Positions 17,702 to 27,520 of a DNA stretch of 34,620 bases are shown here, in pieces. Where the stretch lies: IMG/VR virus record IMGVR_UViG_3300027996_000008, one strand, 5' to 3'. The stretch's first letter is position 1; every line of letters begins with the position of its first letter. The stretch comes from a virus. The notes beneath the pieces were generated by a model, which was not told the DNA's origin, made no database searches, and saw only the letters and a list, made by a program, of their open reading frames with translations. Position numbers and translations under genes: made by a program.

Positions 17702-18832
17702 TTAAAACCAATCATCATCATAATCAGTTTCATTATGAATATTTCTTTTATCATTTAATCTAATAACATTTGCACCATCATCAATTAAAAAATCTAATTG
17801 TGATTCATCAATATCAAATGTATCCTTCATATAACGTTCATTATCTGCAATATATTTATCATAAGTTTCTGAATCAGATAAAATATAACCCAATAAACAC
17901 ATACTCATAACAAGATCGTCATTTTGTCCTTCATCTGCTTGAAATTTTGAATTCTTTTCAACAAAACAGTTTAATTCATGAATTGTATTATAATCATTAA
18001 TTTCAAATCTTTCTTTGTTAAATTCTATTTCAATTTGTTTAATTGATCTGTTTCTTGTGAATTGTGTTTGTCTAATTCCAAACCGCCCATCTTCATGTAT
18101 ATACATTTCTCCATCATATTCAGTTTTTTCAAGAATATCTCTTAGAATAACGTCACATTTATTATTTTCACCAAGTATTAATGCATTGTTAAACATTTTT
18201 CCAATCGCTGATATGACAAACGGAGCTTCAGGAATAGATAATGTATTGCAGTATAAAACTGCACACTGTTTTCTATAATTCTTTTTTGAAACATCCCAAA
18301 CGTGAACACCTGTATAATCTAAACCAAGACCTTCAGACGGATCAACTGTTAAAATATAATTATGTTCTGGAATTGGTTCATGATATATTTTCAATTCATA
18401 TTCTTTTTTATATATTTCTTGAACACGAATTGGATCAACAGGTACAAGATTTTCAAGTATTTCTCCTGCTATAAGTGTGTTATTAGAACCATCAAATAAA
18501 CAATTGTGAGATAATATATCATTTGTATAATACACATGATCTTTGCCAGCATTAATTAAATCATAAAGTTCAATACTTTCATCTACTAGTTCAATACTTT
18601 TAACGATTTTATATCCATTTTTTGATGAAATGCAATCATCTTTCTGTAAATCTTTAGCTTTAAATTCTTCTTTTCCAGATAAAAAAACGTGATCTGTTGA
18701 GCATTCTATTTCTGTATTATCTTTAAAAACAACCTTACAAAATTTATCTCTTTTAACTTTTTGTATTCCGTCAAAATCTTCATATCCATTTGGTGTTAAA
18801 ATCTGATATCTATTATTAATTTTCATTTTCAC
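17702..18832 (-). CDS. terL: Terminase large subunit C-terminal (nuclease) part preceded by the split-intein C-fragment
   Basis: Intein ends YYTNDILSHN/C; nuclease motifs LTVDPSEG, ENN, DDLVMS; start is GTG 18832 or ATG 18826. Confidence 0.92.
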   Translation of the reverse strand: MKMKINNRYQILTPNGYEDFDGIQKVKRDKFCKVVFKDNTEIECSTDHVFLSGKEEFKAKDLQKDDCISSKNGYKIVKSIELVDESIELYDLINAGKDHVYYTNDILSHNCLFDGSNNTLIAGEILENLVPVDPIRVQEIYKKEYELKIYHEPIPEHNYILTVDPSEGLGLDYTGVHVWDVSKKNYRKQCAVLYCNTLSIPEAPFVISAIGKMFNNALILGENNKCDVILRDILEKTEYDGEMYIHEDGRFGIRQTQFTRNRSIKQIEIEFNKERFEINDYNTIHELNCFVEKNSKFQADEGQNDDLVMSMCLLGYILSDSETYDKYIADNERYMKDTFDIDESQLDFLIDDGANVIRLNDKRNIHNETDYDDDWF

Positions 18833-18920
18833 ACATTTTATAAAAGTCGCCTATTTTAATTTTTAAATACTTTTTTTCAATCTTATCATATATATTTATA
18901 AAAGTATTTTCTCCAACACA
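18503..18920 (-). mobile_element. Atypically split mini-intein (IntN 34 aa, 18819-18920; IntC 108-110 aa, 18503-18832)
   Basis: EYE/CVGENT N-junction, CSTDH block B, LYDL...SHN/CLF C-junction; no endonuclease domain. Confidence 0.9.
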
Positions 18921-19790
18921 TTCATATTCTCTCCGAAAAAATCTCTCACCGAAGGTATTAATTATCTTTTCCTTAAATTTTTCATCATAATTAGGATTTT
19001 CATACCAAGGATAAAATAAAGCTTTAAATTCGCTATCTCCAGATTTAGCATTGTTGTACATTTTCCAGAAATAGTTTCGTCCCTGTGGTGTTGAAGTCAC
19101 AATAAATTTAGAAGTTTTTCCTGAAGTGACTGTCGAGAAAGAAGATTTCATGAAATCTTCTATTATATTTTCAGGTATAAAAGCCATCTCATCCACATAT
19201 ACCACATTCCAAGTACCACCACGACCTGATTTTTTTGTTGTTGCTTTTGCAACTATTCTTGAACCATTTTCAAAAACAATTTCATTTTCATTGTATTTTT
19301 TTACACCCACTTGTATCCAGAAAGGGAGATTTTCATACATTGTTTTCAATTCTGTTATTATTTCTTTTGCTTTTGAATGTTCATTAGCGAGTACAAGTAT
19401 GTTATAATTATCTTCAAATAGTAAATACCATAAGTAAGTCATTGAAATTGTTGAAGTTTTTCCACATTGGCGCGCAAGCATAAATATTAAAAATCTTTCA
19501 TTTAATACATTTTTAATTATATCTTTCTGATAATCTCTTAGCTTGATATTGATGATTCTTCCATTATCACTTTCTGAAAGTGAATCATCTAAAATTCTAA
19601 CCTTCACAAAATTCTCTATGAAGTATATAGGATCTTTCATAGATTTTTGCATTTGTAAAATATTTTTTTGGCCTTCTTCTGTGTTTATATCAAAATATTG
19701 GCTATCATCGTATCCAGCATTTCTTACACCTTCTTCATTATTATACCATTTGTTTATATTATGTTTCTTCTTCTTAGATTTTTTAGCCAT
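18816..19790 (-). CDS. terL: Terminase large subunit N-terminal (ATPase) part plus the split-intein N-fragment
   Basis: DPIYFIENFVK, LRDYQK, Walker A ARQCGKT, Walker B VVYVDE, TSTPQG. Confidence 0.93.
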   Translation of the reverse strand: MAKKSKKKKHNINKWYNNEEGVRNAGYDDSQYFDINTEEGQKNILQMQKSMKDPIYFIENFVKVRILDDSLSESDNGRIINIKLRDYQKDIIKNVLNERFLIFMLARQCGKTSTISMTYLWYLLFEDNYNILVLANEHSKAKEIITELKTMYENLPFWIQVGVKKYNENEIVFENGSRIVAKATTKKSGRGGTWNVVYVDEMAFIPENIIEDFMKSSFSTVTSGKTSKFIVTSTPQGRNYFWKMYNNAKSGDSEFKALFYPWYENPNYDEKFKEKIINTFGERFFRREYECVGENTFINIYDKIEKKYLKIKIGDFYKMCENEN

Positions 19791-19794
19791 GATA

Positions 19795-22413
19795 TTATGG
19801 TAAATAAATTGAAACTATACTATAATGTATAGTCCATCCCCAATTATCTGTGTTTGTAGAATCATCAGTAACTGTTATTCTAATTGCGTCTGCTGGAGAT
19901 GTTACTTTTGCTGCAACAACACCACCATCTGTTCCATTTTTGCTTTCATATATATTTGTTTGATTTAAACTCCATGCTACTGCATCATTTTTAACATTAA
20001 TTATTTGTTTATATCCATATCTAGCATCAACATCTGTTGCACCGTTTGCTGTTGCTGCTACAACATCTAATGTTATAAGATAAGTCATATGTTCAATAAT
20101 AGGAATATCTAGTGTTGCTGAATCTCCGACTACACCGCTGCTTCCAGTTGTTGTTAAAAATGCACCACCAGTCAAATGTTGACTTTTACCAGCAGTTCCA
20201 GATGTATATCCAGAAACAACTGAATTATCCCATCGTGTAAAACCATCTTCTCCATGAACTACACAACCATCATTTCCAGCAGTATGATTATCTCCATTTA
20301 TAATGTTATAATTTCCCGCAATAGTATGATTATCTCCACCAATTATATTTTTATTACCTGAAACGTTATTTGTAGATCCAATAACAAGATTATCAAGTCC
20401 CGATACAGTATTAGTTGTTCCATTCACTATATTCCATTTGTTAGAAATTATATGATTACTACCATTTACAATATTTCTATAATCTGAAACTGTATTATTA
20501 TATCCGTTAACAATATTAGATTCCCCAGATAATGTATTTTCTTCGCCATTTGAAACATTATATGATCCACTTATATTATTGTCAAATCCGTTAATGATAT
20601 TTCTATCATTTGAAACTTCATTTGCAGAACCACTAACAATATTTTCTTCACCAGATATTTCATTATTTTCACCATTAACAATATTATATTTTTCGATTAT
20701 AGTATTATTAAATCCGTTAATTATATTTGCATAAGATTCTCCATTTTGTCCTATAATATCACCACTAGTTCTATCATCTAAACTTCCAGAAGGTATTGTA
20801 ATTTCTGTATTTCCACCTGTATAAACAGCTCCAGAATGTAATACTTTTGCAATCTTTCTTATACTTACCCCACCACTCAAATTACACAAATAAACATAAT
20901 TTTCAGAAAATTCAGATGTGTAATCATCACCTGCTATTGTTATTATTGTATTATTAATTGTGCAAGATCTATAAGGATTTCCAATAATATTTGATTCACC
21001 AGCAACTATATTTTGTTTTCCACCAATTGAGTTATAAGAACCTGAATTTATAGAATTAGAACTCGAATTTTTATTATTATATCCTAAACTTAAACTATTT
21101 TCTTCAAAAATATAATTATTTTTTCCTGAAATAAAACCAGATTCTCCAATACATGAATTATTATCACCAGATATTATGCAATTATCGCCTCTATTAACTT
21201 CATCTGCTGATGAATCACTAAAATCTCCACTAATGAATGTTCCTTTAGATTTATCAAACCCAAATCTCTTATCATGTGCTACTGTTCCTTCGTCATTTAA
21301 AGATGTTGAACCAAATACAAAATCTTCATCATAATCACATATTTCTGATTGTAAAACTACACCATTAACCTTTTTAAGAAGTAATCGTCCATCGTGTGCA
21401 TCTGCAACAGATTCATGATCCTCAATTTCTTGAACTGCTGTATTAAGAAAATTCAAATTTGTTGGAAATCCACTTGAAAATCTAAGATTAATTTTGAATA
21501 TGCTAACAGCACCATCTGCATTATATGTAAATGTTTGAACTGTAGAATTTGTTGTATCTGTTTCTGGATTTGATAAAATTGTTCCATCTAAACTAGCATA
21601 TGGTGCTGTTGTAGATGAACCAACATCATCTAATAAATCACCTTTATTAAAATTTTCAGTATTAATTCTATTTACTCTTATAGTTCCACTTGGGTGAACA
21701 GAAAAAATTGAAGCTCTAGCGGGAACTGATGCGTCATTGACAATATAGTTTCCAACTGTAAAATTTGCTGGTGTATCAACAATAAATGTTAATATTTCAT
21801 CATAACTAACACAACCCGAATATATAACAACATCATTTGTTGCAGATGAAATAATATCACTACTGCCACCACTAGATCCTGTAACTGCTCCCGCTGTAAA
21901 ATCTGTATAAGTTCCATCAACACTTGAATCTTTTATTTCATTAACATATAAGAATTCATCTTCTATATATGTAATAACTGCAGTAGATGTTCCTTGTGTT
22001 ATTGTTTCACCAACTGAAAATGTTGCTGCTTCACCTGAATTTGTTAATTCAATTTTAGCTCCTCTTAAATCTTCTGCCAATGCAAAAACAGTTTTTATAC
22101 CAATGTCAAACGGAATTGCATTTGCAAGCAATTTTATTGTCAAAGGAAGAATTGTTGAACCAGCTTCTATGATAGTAGATGTTCCAGGTGTTACATCTCC
22201 AGGAAAACTAAGAGCACCAGCGGTTGCTAATGTTGAAATTAATTTATCTTCTGAAAAATTTTCAAAAGTTGACGGTGTTGTTAGTTGTGCTAATGTCTGA
22301 CTATAGTCACTCACATAGAATTTTTTAAAATTAAAATCTTCTTGATTTAACAATGTATCAATTATTAAATCTCTTGCTGATGTGGTTAAACATCCTGTTC
22401 CAGCTACTTTCAT
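19795..22413 (-). CDS. Tail fibre / receptor-binding protein with 14-aa beta-roll repeats
   Basis: Follows the wedge genes; HESVADAH fibre-junction-like motif; ~12 NIVNGxNNxISG repeats (YadA-head-like). Confidence 0.7.
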   Translation of the reverse strand: MKVAGTGCLTTSARDLIIDTLLNQEDFNFKKFYVSDYSQTLAQLTTPSTFENFSEDKLISTLATAGALSFPGDVTPGTSTIIEAGSTILPLTIKLLANAIPFDIGIKTVFALAEDLRGAKIELTNSGEAATFSVGETITQGTSTAVITYIEDEFLYVNEIKDSSVDGTYTDFTAGAVTGSSGGSSDIISSATNDVVIYSGCVSYDEILTFIVDTPANFTVGNYIVNDASVPARASIFSVHPSGTIRVNRINTENFNKGDLLDDVGSSTTAPYASLDGTILSNPETDTTNSTVQTFTYNADGAVSIFKINLRFSSGFPTNLNFLNTAVQEIEDHESVADAHDGRLLLKKVNGVVLQSEICDYDEDFVFGSTSLNDEGTVAHDKRFGFDKSKGTFISGDFSDSSADEVNRGDNCIISGDNNSCIGESGFISGKNNYIFEENSLSLGYNNKNSSSNSINSGSYNSIGGKQNIVAGESNIIGNPYRSCTINNTIITIAGDDYTSEFSENYVYLCNLSGGVSIRKIAKVLHSGAVYTGGNTEITIPSGSLDDRTSGDIIGQNGESYANIINGFNNTIIEKYNIVNGENNEISGEENIVSGSANEVSNDRNIINGFDNNISGSYNVSNGEENTLSGESNIVNGYNNTVSDYRNIVNGSNHIISNKWNIVNGTTNTVSGLDNLVIGSTNNVSGNKNIIGGDNHTIAGNYNIINGDNHTAGNDGCVVHGEDGFTRWDNSVVSGYTSGTAGKSQHLTGGAFLTTTGSSGVVGDSATLDIPIIEHMTYLITLDVVAATANGATDVDARYGYKQIINVKNDAVAWSLNQTNIYESKNGTDGGVVAAKVTSPADAIRITVTDDSTNTDNWGWTIHYSIVSIYLP

Positions 22414-22464
22414 TTATATACTCCATTTTGTTATTTTATTAAATATATAGATTTATTTATTTTT

Positions 22465-24393
22465 TTAGATTCTGAACAAAACATAATTTATGTTTGTTGC
22501 AACACCATCATTTCCATTTCCAGAAATGTCCAAAACATTATTATCTAACAAATACCAAACATCTATAGATCCTGCAACTTCAATTTTAAAATTTGCTAAA
22601 TTTCCATTGTTTTTAAAAGCTGCAGATAGAAAATCAATTGAGTTATATTGTGCAGTCGGTAAATTGTCAAATGTTACACTAGCAATTATATCTTCTAAAA
22701 CATGATCAACATCAACAATTATACTTGTTCCAGATAGTGTAATTTCATAATAATGCCATTCAGAATCAACAATATAATCACTAGTATATGTTGTTGTACC
22801 TGCTACAAATGATAAAGCATTTGTTGAATCATTAATATTAATTTCAAATCCTGCTGTTATTCCAGTATTGAATCTATAAAAAATAATGTGTTTAGTACCA
22901 ATTGGTGATCCATTTTTCTTGAACCAAAATGATATTTTTCCACCATTATAAACATTTCCTGATGATAATGGCATTGTAATACAACTACTAGTTGTTAATG
23001 GATCAAAATCAACACAAAAAGTTTCTGTTTCAACCGTTGAAACAACCTTTGGAAAACATTTACAATCAATATAAATATCTGCTATTATATCGTCAATAAC
23101 TGTTAATATTTCATTGAAGAATCCAGCAGGATTCACATTCTTTTGTAATCTTTCTGAAAAATCGCTTGTTTCTATTATATCAACTTTTGAAACTGTCTGA
23201 TATCTAAATGGTCTAGTTCCTTGATGATCTGTTGTTATTTCTTCTCTATTAAAATATAAAGGTGCTAAATCAGAATATGTAATATTTGTATCTGTTCCAT
23301 CATTTGCATTTTCTGATTCATCATCTGAATTAGTTTGTAACGGTAAATCAATTTCTTCTGTTCCATCAATTGTAATCACTAAATTAGAAACTACACCATC
23401 AAGATATTGTGTATTATTCCCTTTTTTACCAATCAAATCTGAATTGAATGTCCAAGATCCTAAAGCTGTTGTATCAACTGTTTTAATTTCAGGATCTGTT
23501 TTGTCAGTTAGATTTGTTCTTGTAACACTCCATATTTTTTCTGTTCTATTATATGTTTGTTCAATTCTATATACTTTATCATCAATAAATTCTGTGTCAA
23601 ATTCAACAGAAACACTTGTTCCCATATAAATTAACATTCTTTTATTATCAGAAAAAACATAAGAAATTTCATTTAAAGTCGAAGTTGTGCTTCCCATTAA
23701 ATTTCTTAAATTTCCAGAACCATCACATTTCCAATTATAGTCGATTGTGAAGTCTTTATTATGTGCAAATGCTAAATTACTAGTTAATGTTATATATGCG
23801 CTTGAACCGTTAAATTCTGCTCCATATTTCCAATCTGTTGTGTTCGAATAAACAGGAATTTCAGAAATGTATATTTTATCATTATCCATATAAAAATAGT
23901 CTGGTGGTTGATCAGAAAAATCAGATTGATCATTAAAATATACTCTAGGATATATTGTTCCTGTTGCATTGAAAAATGTATAAGTATATAGAATTGAAAA
24001 TAGGAAAACATAAGCTCTTGAGGAAGATTTTAAATTGTATATATTAGATGCATTTTTTGCAAGATTCTGAATAATAGTATTTGAAAAATTAATTTGTGCA
24101 TTTCTGAATTCTAATGTTCCTGCAAAATCTTTAAAAAATGCATTTAAAACATCTTCATTAACAACAGGCAAATTATCAATTTGATAAAATTTTGTAAAAT
24201 CTTCAATATTGTGATATATTGAATTTAATTCTTGTTGAGTTGAATCTCCTGTATACCAAGATAATGAATTTGATTCCTCAAGAAACAACAAAAATTCATG
24301 TGCAAAATTTGCATATTGAGGATATTCAACTCTAATATATTCCTTTAAAAATCTTCTTTCAAATGATGTTAATGTTTTTGGATAACTAGTCAT
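22465..24393 (-). CDS. Baseplate wedge protein (gp7-like) with two LamG/ConA-like domains
   Basis: EYPQYANF, KNASNIYNLKSS..AY.FLFSILY, NPAGF; lectin-like motifs FNGSSAYI, ISFWFK, WHYY, DISGNGNDG. Confidence 0.7.
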   Translation of the reverse strand: MTSYPKTLTSFERRFLKEYIRVEYPQYANFAHEFLLFLEESNSLSWYTGDSTQQELNSIYHNIEDFTKFYQIDNLPVVNEDVLNAFFKDFAGTLEFRNAQINFSNTIIQNLAKNASNIYNLKSSSRAYVFLFSILYTYTFFNATGTIYPRVYFNDQSDFSDQPPDYFYMDNDKIYISEIPVYSNTTDWKYGAEFNGSSAYITLTSNLAFAHNKDFTIDYNWKCDGSGNLRNLMGSTTSTLNEISYVFSDNKRMLIYMGTSVSVEFDTEFIDDKVYRIEQTYNRTEKIWSVTRTNLTDKTDPEIKTVDTTALGSWTFNSDLIGKKGNNTQYLDGVVSNLVITIDGTEEIDLPLQTNSDDESENANDGTDTNITYSDLAPLYFNREEITTDHQGTRPFRYQTVSKVDIIETSDFSERLQKNVNPAGFFNEILTVIDDIIADIYIDCKCFPKVVSTVETETFCVDFDPLTTSSCITMPLSSGNVYNGGKISFWFKKNGSPIGTKHIIFYRFNTGITAGFEININDSTNALSFVAGTTTYTSDYIVDSEWHYYEITLSGTSIIVDVDHVLEDIIASVTFDNLPTAQYNSIDFLSAAFKNNGNLANFKIEVAGSIDVWYLLDNNVLDISGNGNDGVATNINYVLFRI

Positions 24394-24396
24394 AAT

Positions 24397-26517
24397 TTAC
24401 TCCACTGTTAAATCAATATCTGTTGTTGATTCAATACCAATTATGTTCTCTCGGACGCTACCAATTATATTTCCAATTAATTTAACATTATCAATATAGA
24501 AAGTTCCATCAGTAAAAAATGCATTTGAACCATCATAATTTTTAAATCTCATCAATCCTAATTCTTTATTAATACTACCAACTTCATTTCCATTCAATCT
24601 AACAATATCATCGACTGTTGTTATTGTTACATTCCCTGTTGTAGGTGTTGTTGATGGTGGAATTGGTGGAATTGTCATATTCATTAGTACATCATTTATT
24701 TCACCAACCATAGGTGTATATGCTCTAACATAAATATATTTGTCATACAATCCTTCTGTTTTATTTTTAACTTTGAATTTTACATTATAATCAAAATTCT
24801 TAATTGATGAAACAGAATCAAAACTCTCAATATAATTTTGTAAATCTCTAATATCAAAACTAGCGCCAAATGCACTTTTACTATTAACAAATTCTTTTAT
24901 ATTATCTTTCATTTCAGAAATGTTGAATTCTTTTGCATATTGTGCATTTAATTTGATAGATATTTTTGGTTTTAATAATGTAAAATTAGGAGTGAAATAT
25001 TTGTTATATATTGTAAGAATTTTATAATCATTCAAAAATTCAGATACTTGATCTATATCAGTCTGATCTTCAATAAACTGAAAACCTTCATCAAACATTG
25101 AATAATAAACCCAACCAACGTCACGTGTATATTTTCCACTTGTTATATCATCAAAATCAACAGATTCAATTGATAATATCTCTGAGTTATATTGATTTAG
25201 TCTAGTTGTCTCTAAAACCTCTAACCAAGCACCAGTTGGTCCTGTGTAATTAGTCCCATCGAAATTAATACTAGTATTATCTGTTATAGCATCATTCATG
25301 ATTTGTTCAACATCTAAAAACTCTTTTTGACCGCCCCAAGCACGAATATCTTTGAACTCTGTAAATTTAGATTGTAACAATGAATTATAATCTGATTCTG
25401 TTACTGCTCTTCCTTGTGTTGAATAAAACAATGTTGCTGATTCTTTAATAGATTCTAAACTTTGTCTACCAGAACCATTATCAAGAAATGCTGAATCACC
25501 ATTATCATCAACGAGTTTAGCTGAAAAATTAGCATCAACAGTTGAATCATTATTGAGAGATTCAAAAACTGTTGTGGTTGTTCCATCGTCATTTATTTTT
25601 AGAATTCTAACATCATTAAAATCTGAATTTGTGAATTCTTGTGTTCCTGATATTTCATTTGCATCTTCACCATCTGTTACAACATAAAATACTCTAACAA
25701 CATCTGTTGCTTGTAATTCTCTAGAAAGGTTATCAATGTCAAATTTGATCCTAATTCCTTTATCTTTATCAAATTCAATGTTATAAGCTCTAAGATTTTC
25801 ATCAAATAAACCATTTTTTAGATTTCTGTATTCATACCAAGTTCCACCTAATTCTTGAACAAAAACTCTAATAGTATCTGTAATAACTCTATCATCCCAA
25901 TAAGTTGTTACATCCTCCATTAAATCAATATATTGATCTGATGATATATCAATTGTTTCTTGTGTATATTCCCAATCTGCCTGATATGCAGGAACAATTG
26001 CTTGTAAACCTAATGTAACACCATCATAAAGTGTTCTGTATTCTGTATTGAAATAAGAGTTATTTTCATTTAAAAAAGCAGTAACAGATACATCTTCATA
26101 ATATTGTGCTTGAAATTTGTCTCTTAAAGTGGGTATTATTTTTAAATTGGTTGTATAATTAACATTATTAATGTATATTTTAAATTTATCGTCCGGTGAA
26201 AAATCAGTTGTTTCATATTCAATTCTTAATTTTTTCTTTGCTGGAATTCTCATTTTTGGAATATAATTGAAATTTTTAATAAGTGAATAAATTGTATTTT
26301 CAATTTCTGCTGTATTCATGAAAATTTCTTCTACTGTTTTATTCAGCTGAACACTGAGATAAAAAGCAACATAACAGCATAAATCTAATAATCCTGAAAG
26401 GGAACTAGTATTGAAATTTGCATTTTTGAAAGGACTATCATCTCGTTTCATCCACTCAACAAGATTATTTTTTATCAATCCGTAATCAGATTCATTCAAC
26501 TTTATCTTTCTTGTCAT
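24397..26517 (-). CDS. gp6: Baseplate wedge subunit
   Basis: DYGLIKNNL, LSGLLDL, NYIPK, GSGRQSLESIKESA, QGRAVTESDY, AWGG; late promoter at 26548-26555. Confidence 0.9.
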   Translation of the reverse strand: MTRKIKLNESDYGLIKNNLVEWMKRDDSPFKNANFNTSSLSGLLDLCCYVAFYLSVQLNKTVEEIFMNTAEIENTIYSLIKNFNYIPKMRIPAKKKLRIEYETTDFSPDDKFKIYINNVNYTTNLKIIPTLRDKFQAQYYEDVSVTAFLNENNSYFNTEYRTLYDGVTLGLQAIVPAYQADWEYTQETIDISSDQYIDLMEDVTTYWDDRVITDTIRVFVQELGGTWYEYRNLKNGLFDENLRAYNIEFDKDKGIRIKFDIDNLSRELQATDVVRVFYVVTDGEDANEISGTQEFTNSDFNDVRILKINDDGTTTTVFESLNNDSTVDANFSAKLVDDNGDSAFLDNGSGRQSLESIKESATLFYSTQGRAVTESDYNSLLQSKFTEFKDIRAWGGQKEFLDVEQIMNDAITDNTSINFDGTNYTGPTGAWLEVLETTRLNQYNSEILSIESVDFDDITSGKYTRDVGWVYYSMFDEGFQFIEDQTDIDQVSEFLNDYKILTIYNKYFTPNFTLLKPKISIKLNAQYAKEFNISEMKDNIKEFVNSKSAFGASFDIRDLQNYIESFDSVSSIKNFDYNVKFKVKNKTEGLYDKYIYVRAYTPMVGEINDVLMNMTIPPIPPSTTPTTGNVTITTVDDIVRLNGNEVGSINKELGLMRFKNYDGSNAFFTDGTFYIDNVKLIGNIIGSVRENIIGIESTTDIDLTVE

Positions 26518-26584
26518 TTAAACATCTCCTTTAAATTTAGTTAAGTTTATTTATAAAAATGTATATAAGAAAATATTTTTTGAT

Positions 26585-26968
26585 CTATCTAAAAACACTA
26601 ATTGAGAAATTTAATTCTGTTTCTTCTTGTAATTCATTTTCACGATATTTTATTGTAATATTATAAGCACCAGCATCTCTATCTGTGTTGACAATTATAT
26701 CTGATTCTGTAATTATAATGTCTTCAACTTGATTGTTAATATTATCATATATAATATCTTTTATGCTCATTGCATTCAATCTATTAACAGAACCATGTAA
26801 AAAATCACCAATGTTACAACCAGTATCAGGTTGAAAAAGCTTCTCACCTTTTTGTGTAAAAATTATATCACGTATTTGTTGAACAACAGCATCATCACCT
26901 GTTTTAATAAAAATCCCTTTGTTTGAATTGAGTCTCATGCTAGGGTCCAAATCAATTTTTGTAGCCAT
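26585..26968 (-). CDS. gp25: Baseplate protein / sheath initiator
   Basis: AVVQQIRDIIFTQKGEKLFQPDTGCNI; late promoter at 26998-27005. Confidence 0.9.
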   Translation of the reverse strand: MATKIDLDPSMRLNSNKGIFIKTGDDAVVQQIRDIIFTQKGEKLFQPDTGCNIGDFLHGSVNRLNAMSIKDIIYDNINNQVEDIIITESDIIVNTDRDAGAYNITIKYRENELQEETELNFSISVFR

Positions 26969-27134
26969 AATTTACTCCTAAAAATAATTATATATTTTAT
27001 TTATAAAATTCAAATCAAAAGATATATTTAAATGTGTATTTAAGACACGTAGCATCGTTTAAGAGCGTGTTTATAGTTTTTGAATGTCTATGAAAGTATT
27101 TGATGTGAAAGTTGTTATATGGTGTTGCTATGAA

Positions 27135-27416
27135 TTACAATTCATAAAAATCAACAATTTTTATTTTTGTTAAATAATTAAATTTATCTTTATCTACTTC
27201 AAATGTTACTGATGAAACACCATTATCAAATTCATAATCATTATTAGATTTTTTATCAACATTTTTATAACTATAATTTTTAGCTTTTTCTTTTGTTTTA
27301 TCTTTATAATTCAATTTATCAACTAAATCAGCAAATGTCATTTTATCGCCAATTGAAAAATCAAATTTCTTCTCAACTAATTTCCACTCGTTTCCTTCTC
27401 TAATAACTTTTCTCAT
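27135..27416 (-). CDS. Small late protein, possibly capsid-internal
   Basis: GGAG RBS, late promoter at 27474-27481, N-terminal IRE/LVE resembling gp21 (I/L)xE cleavage sites. Confidence 0.55.
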   Translation of the reverse strand: MRKVIREGNEWKLVEKKFDFSIGDKMTFADLVDKLNYKDKTKEKAKNYSYKNVDKKSNNDYEFDNGVSSVTFEVDKDKFNYLTKIKIVDFYEL

Positions 27417-27520
27417 TTTAATTCTCCATAAATTTTTAATTAGTAATTATTCATAAACTCAATTGTATAGAACTATTTATATTATCACACAATTTGAAAA
27501 AAATGTTAATAAATAATGAT

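Noticed and set aside
18816-18832. terL as a frameshifted pseudogene
   Set aside because: The break falls where known atypically split TerL inteins are split, and all catalytic motifs are intact.
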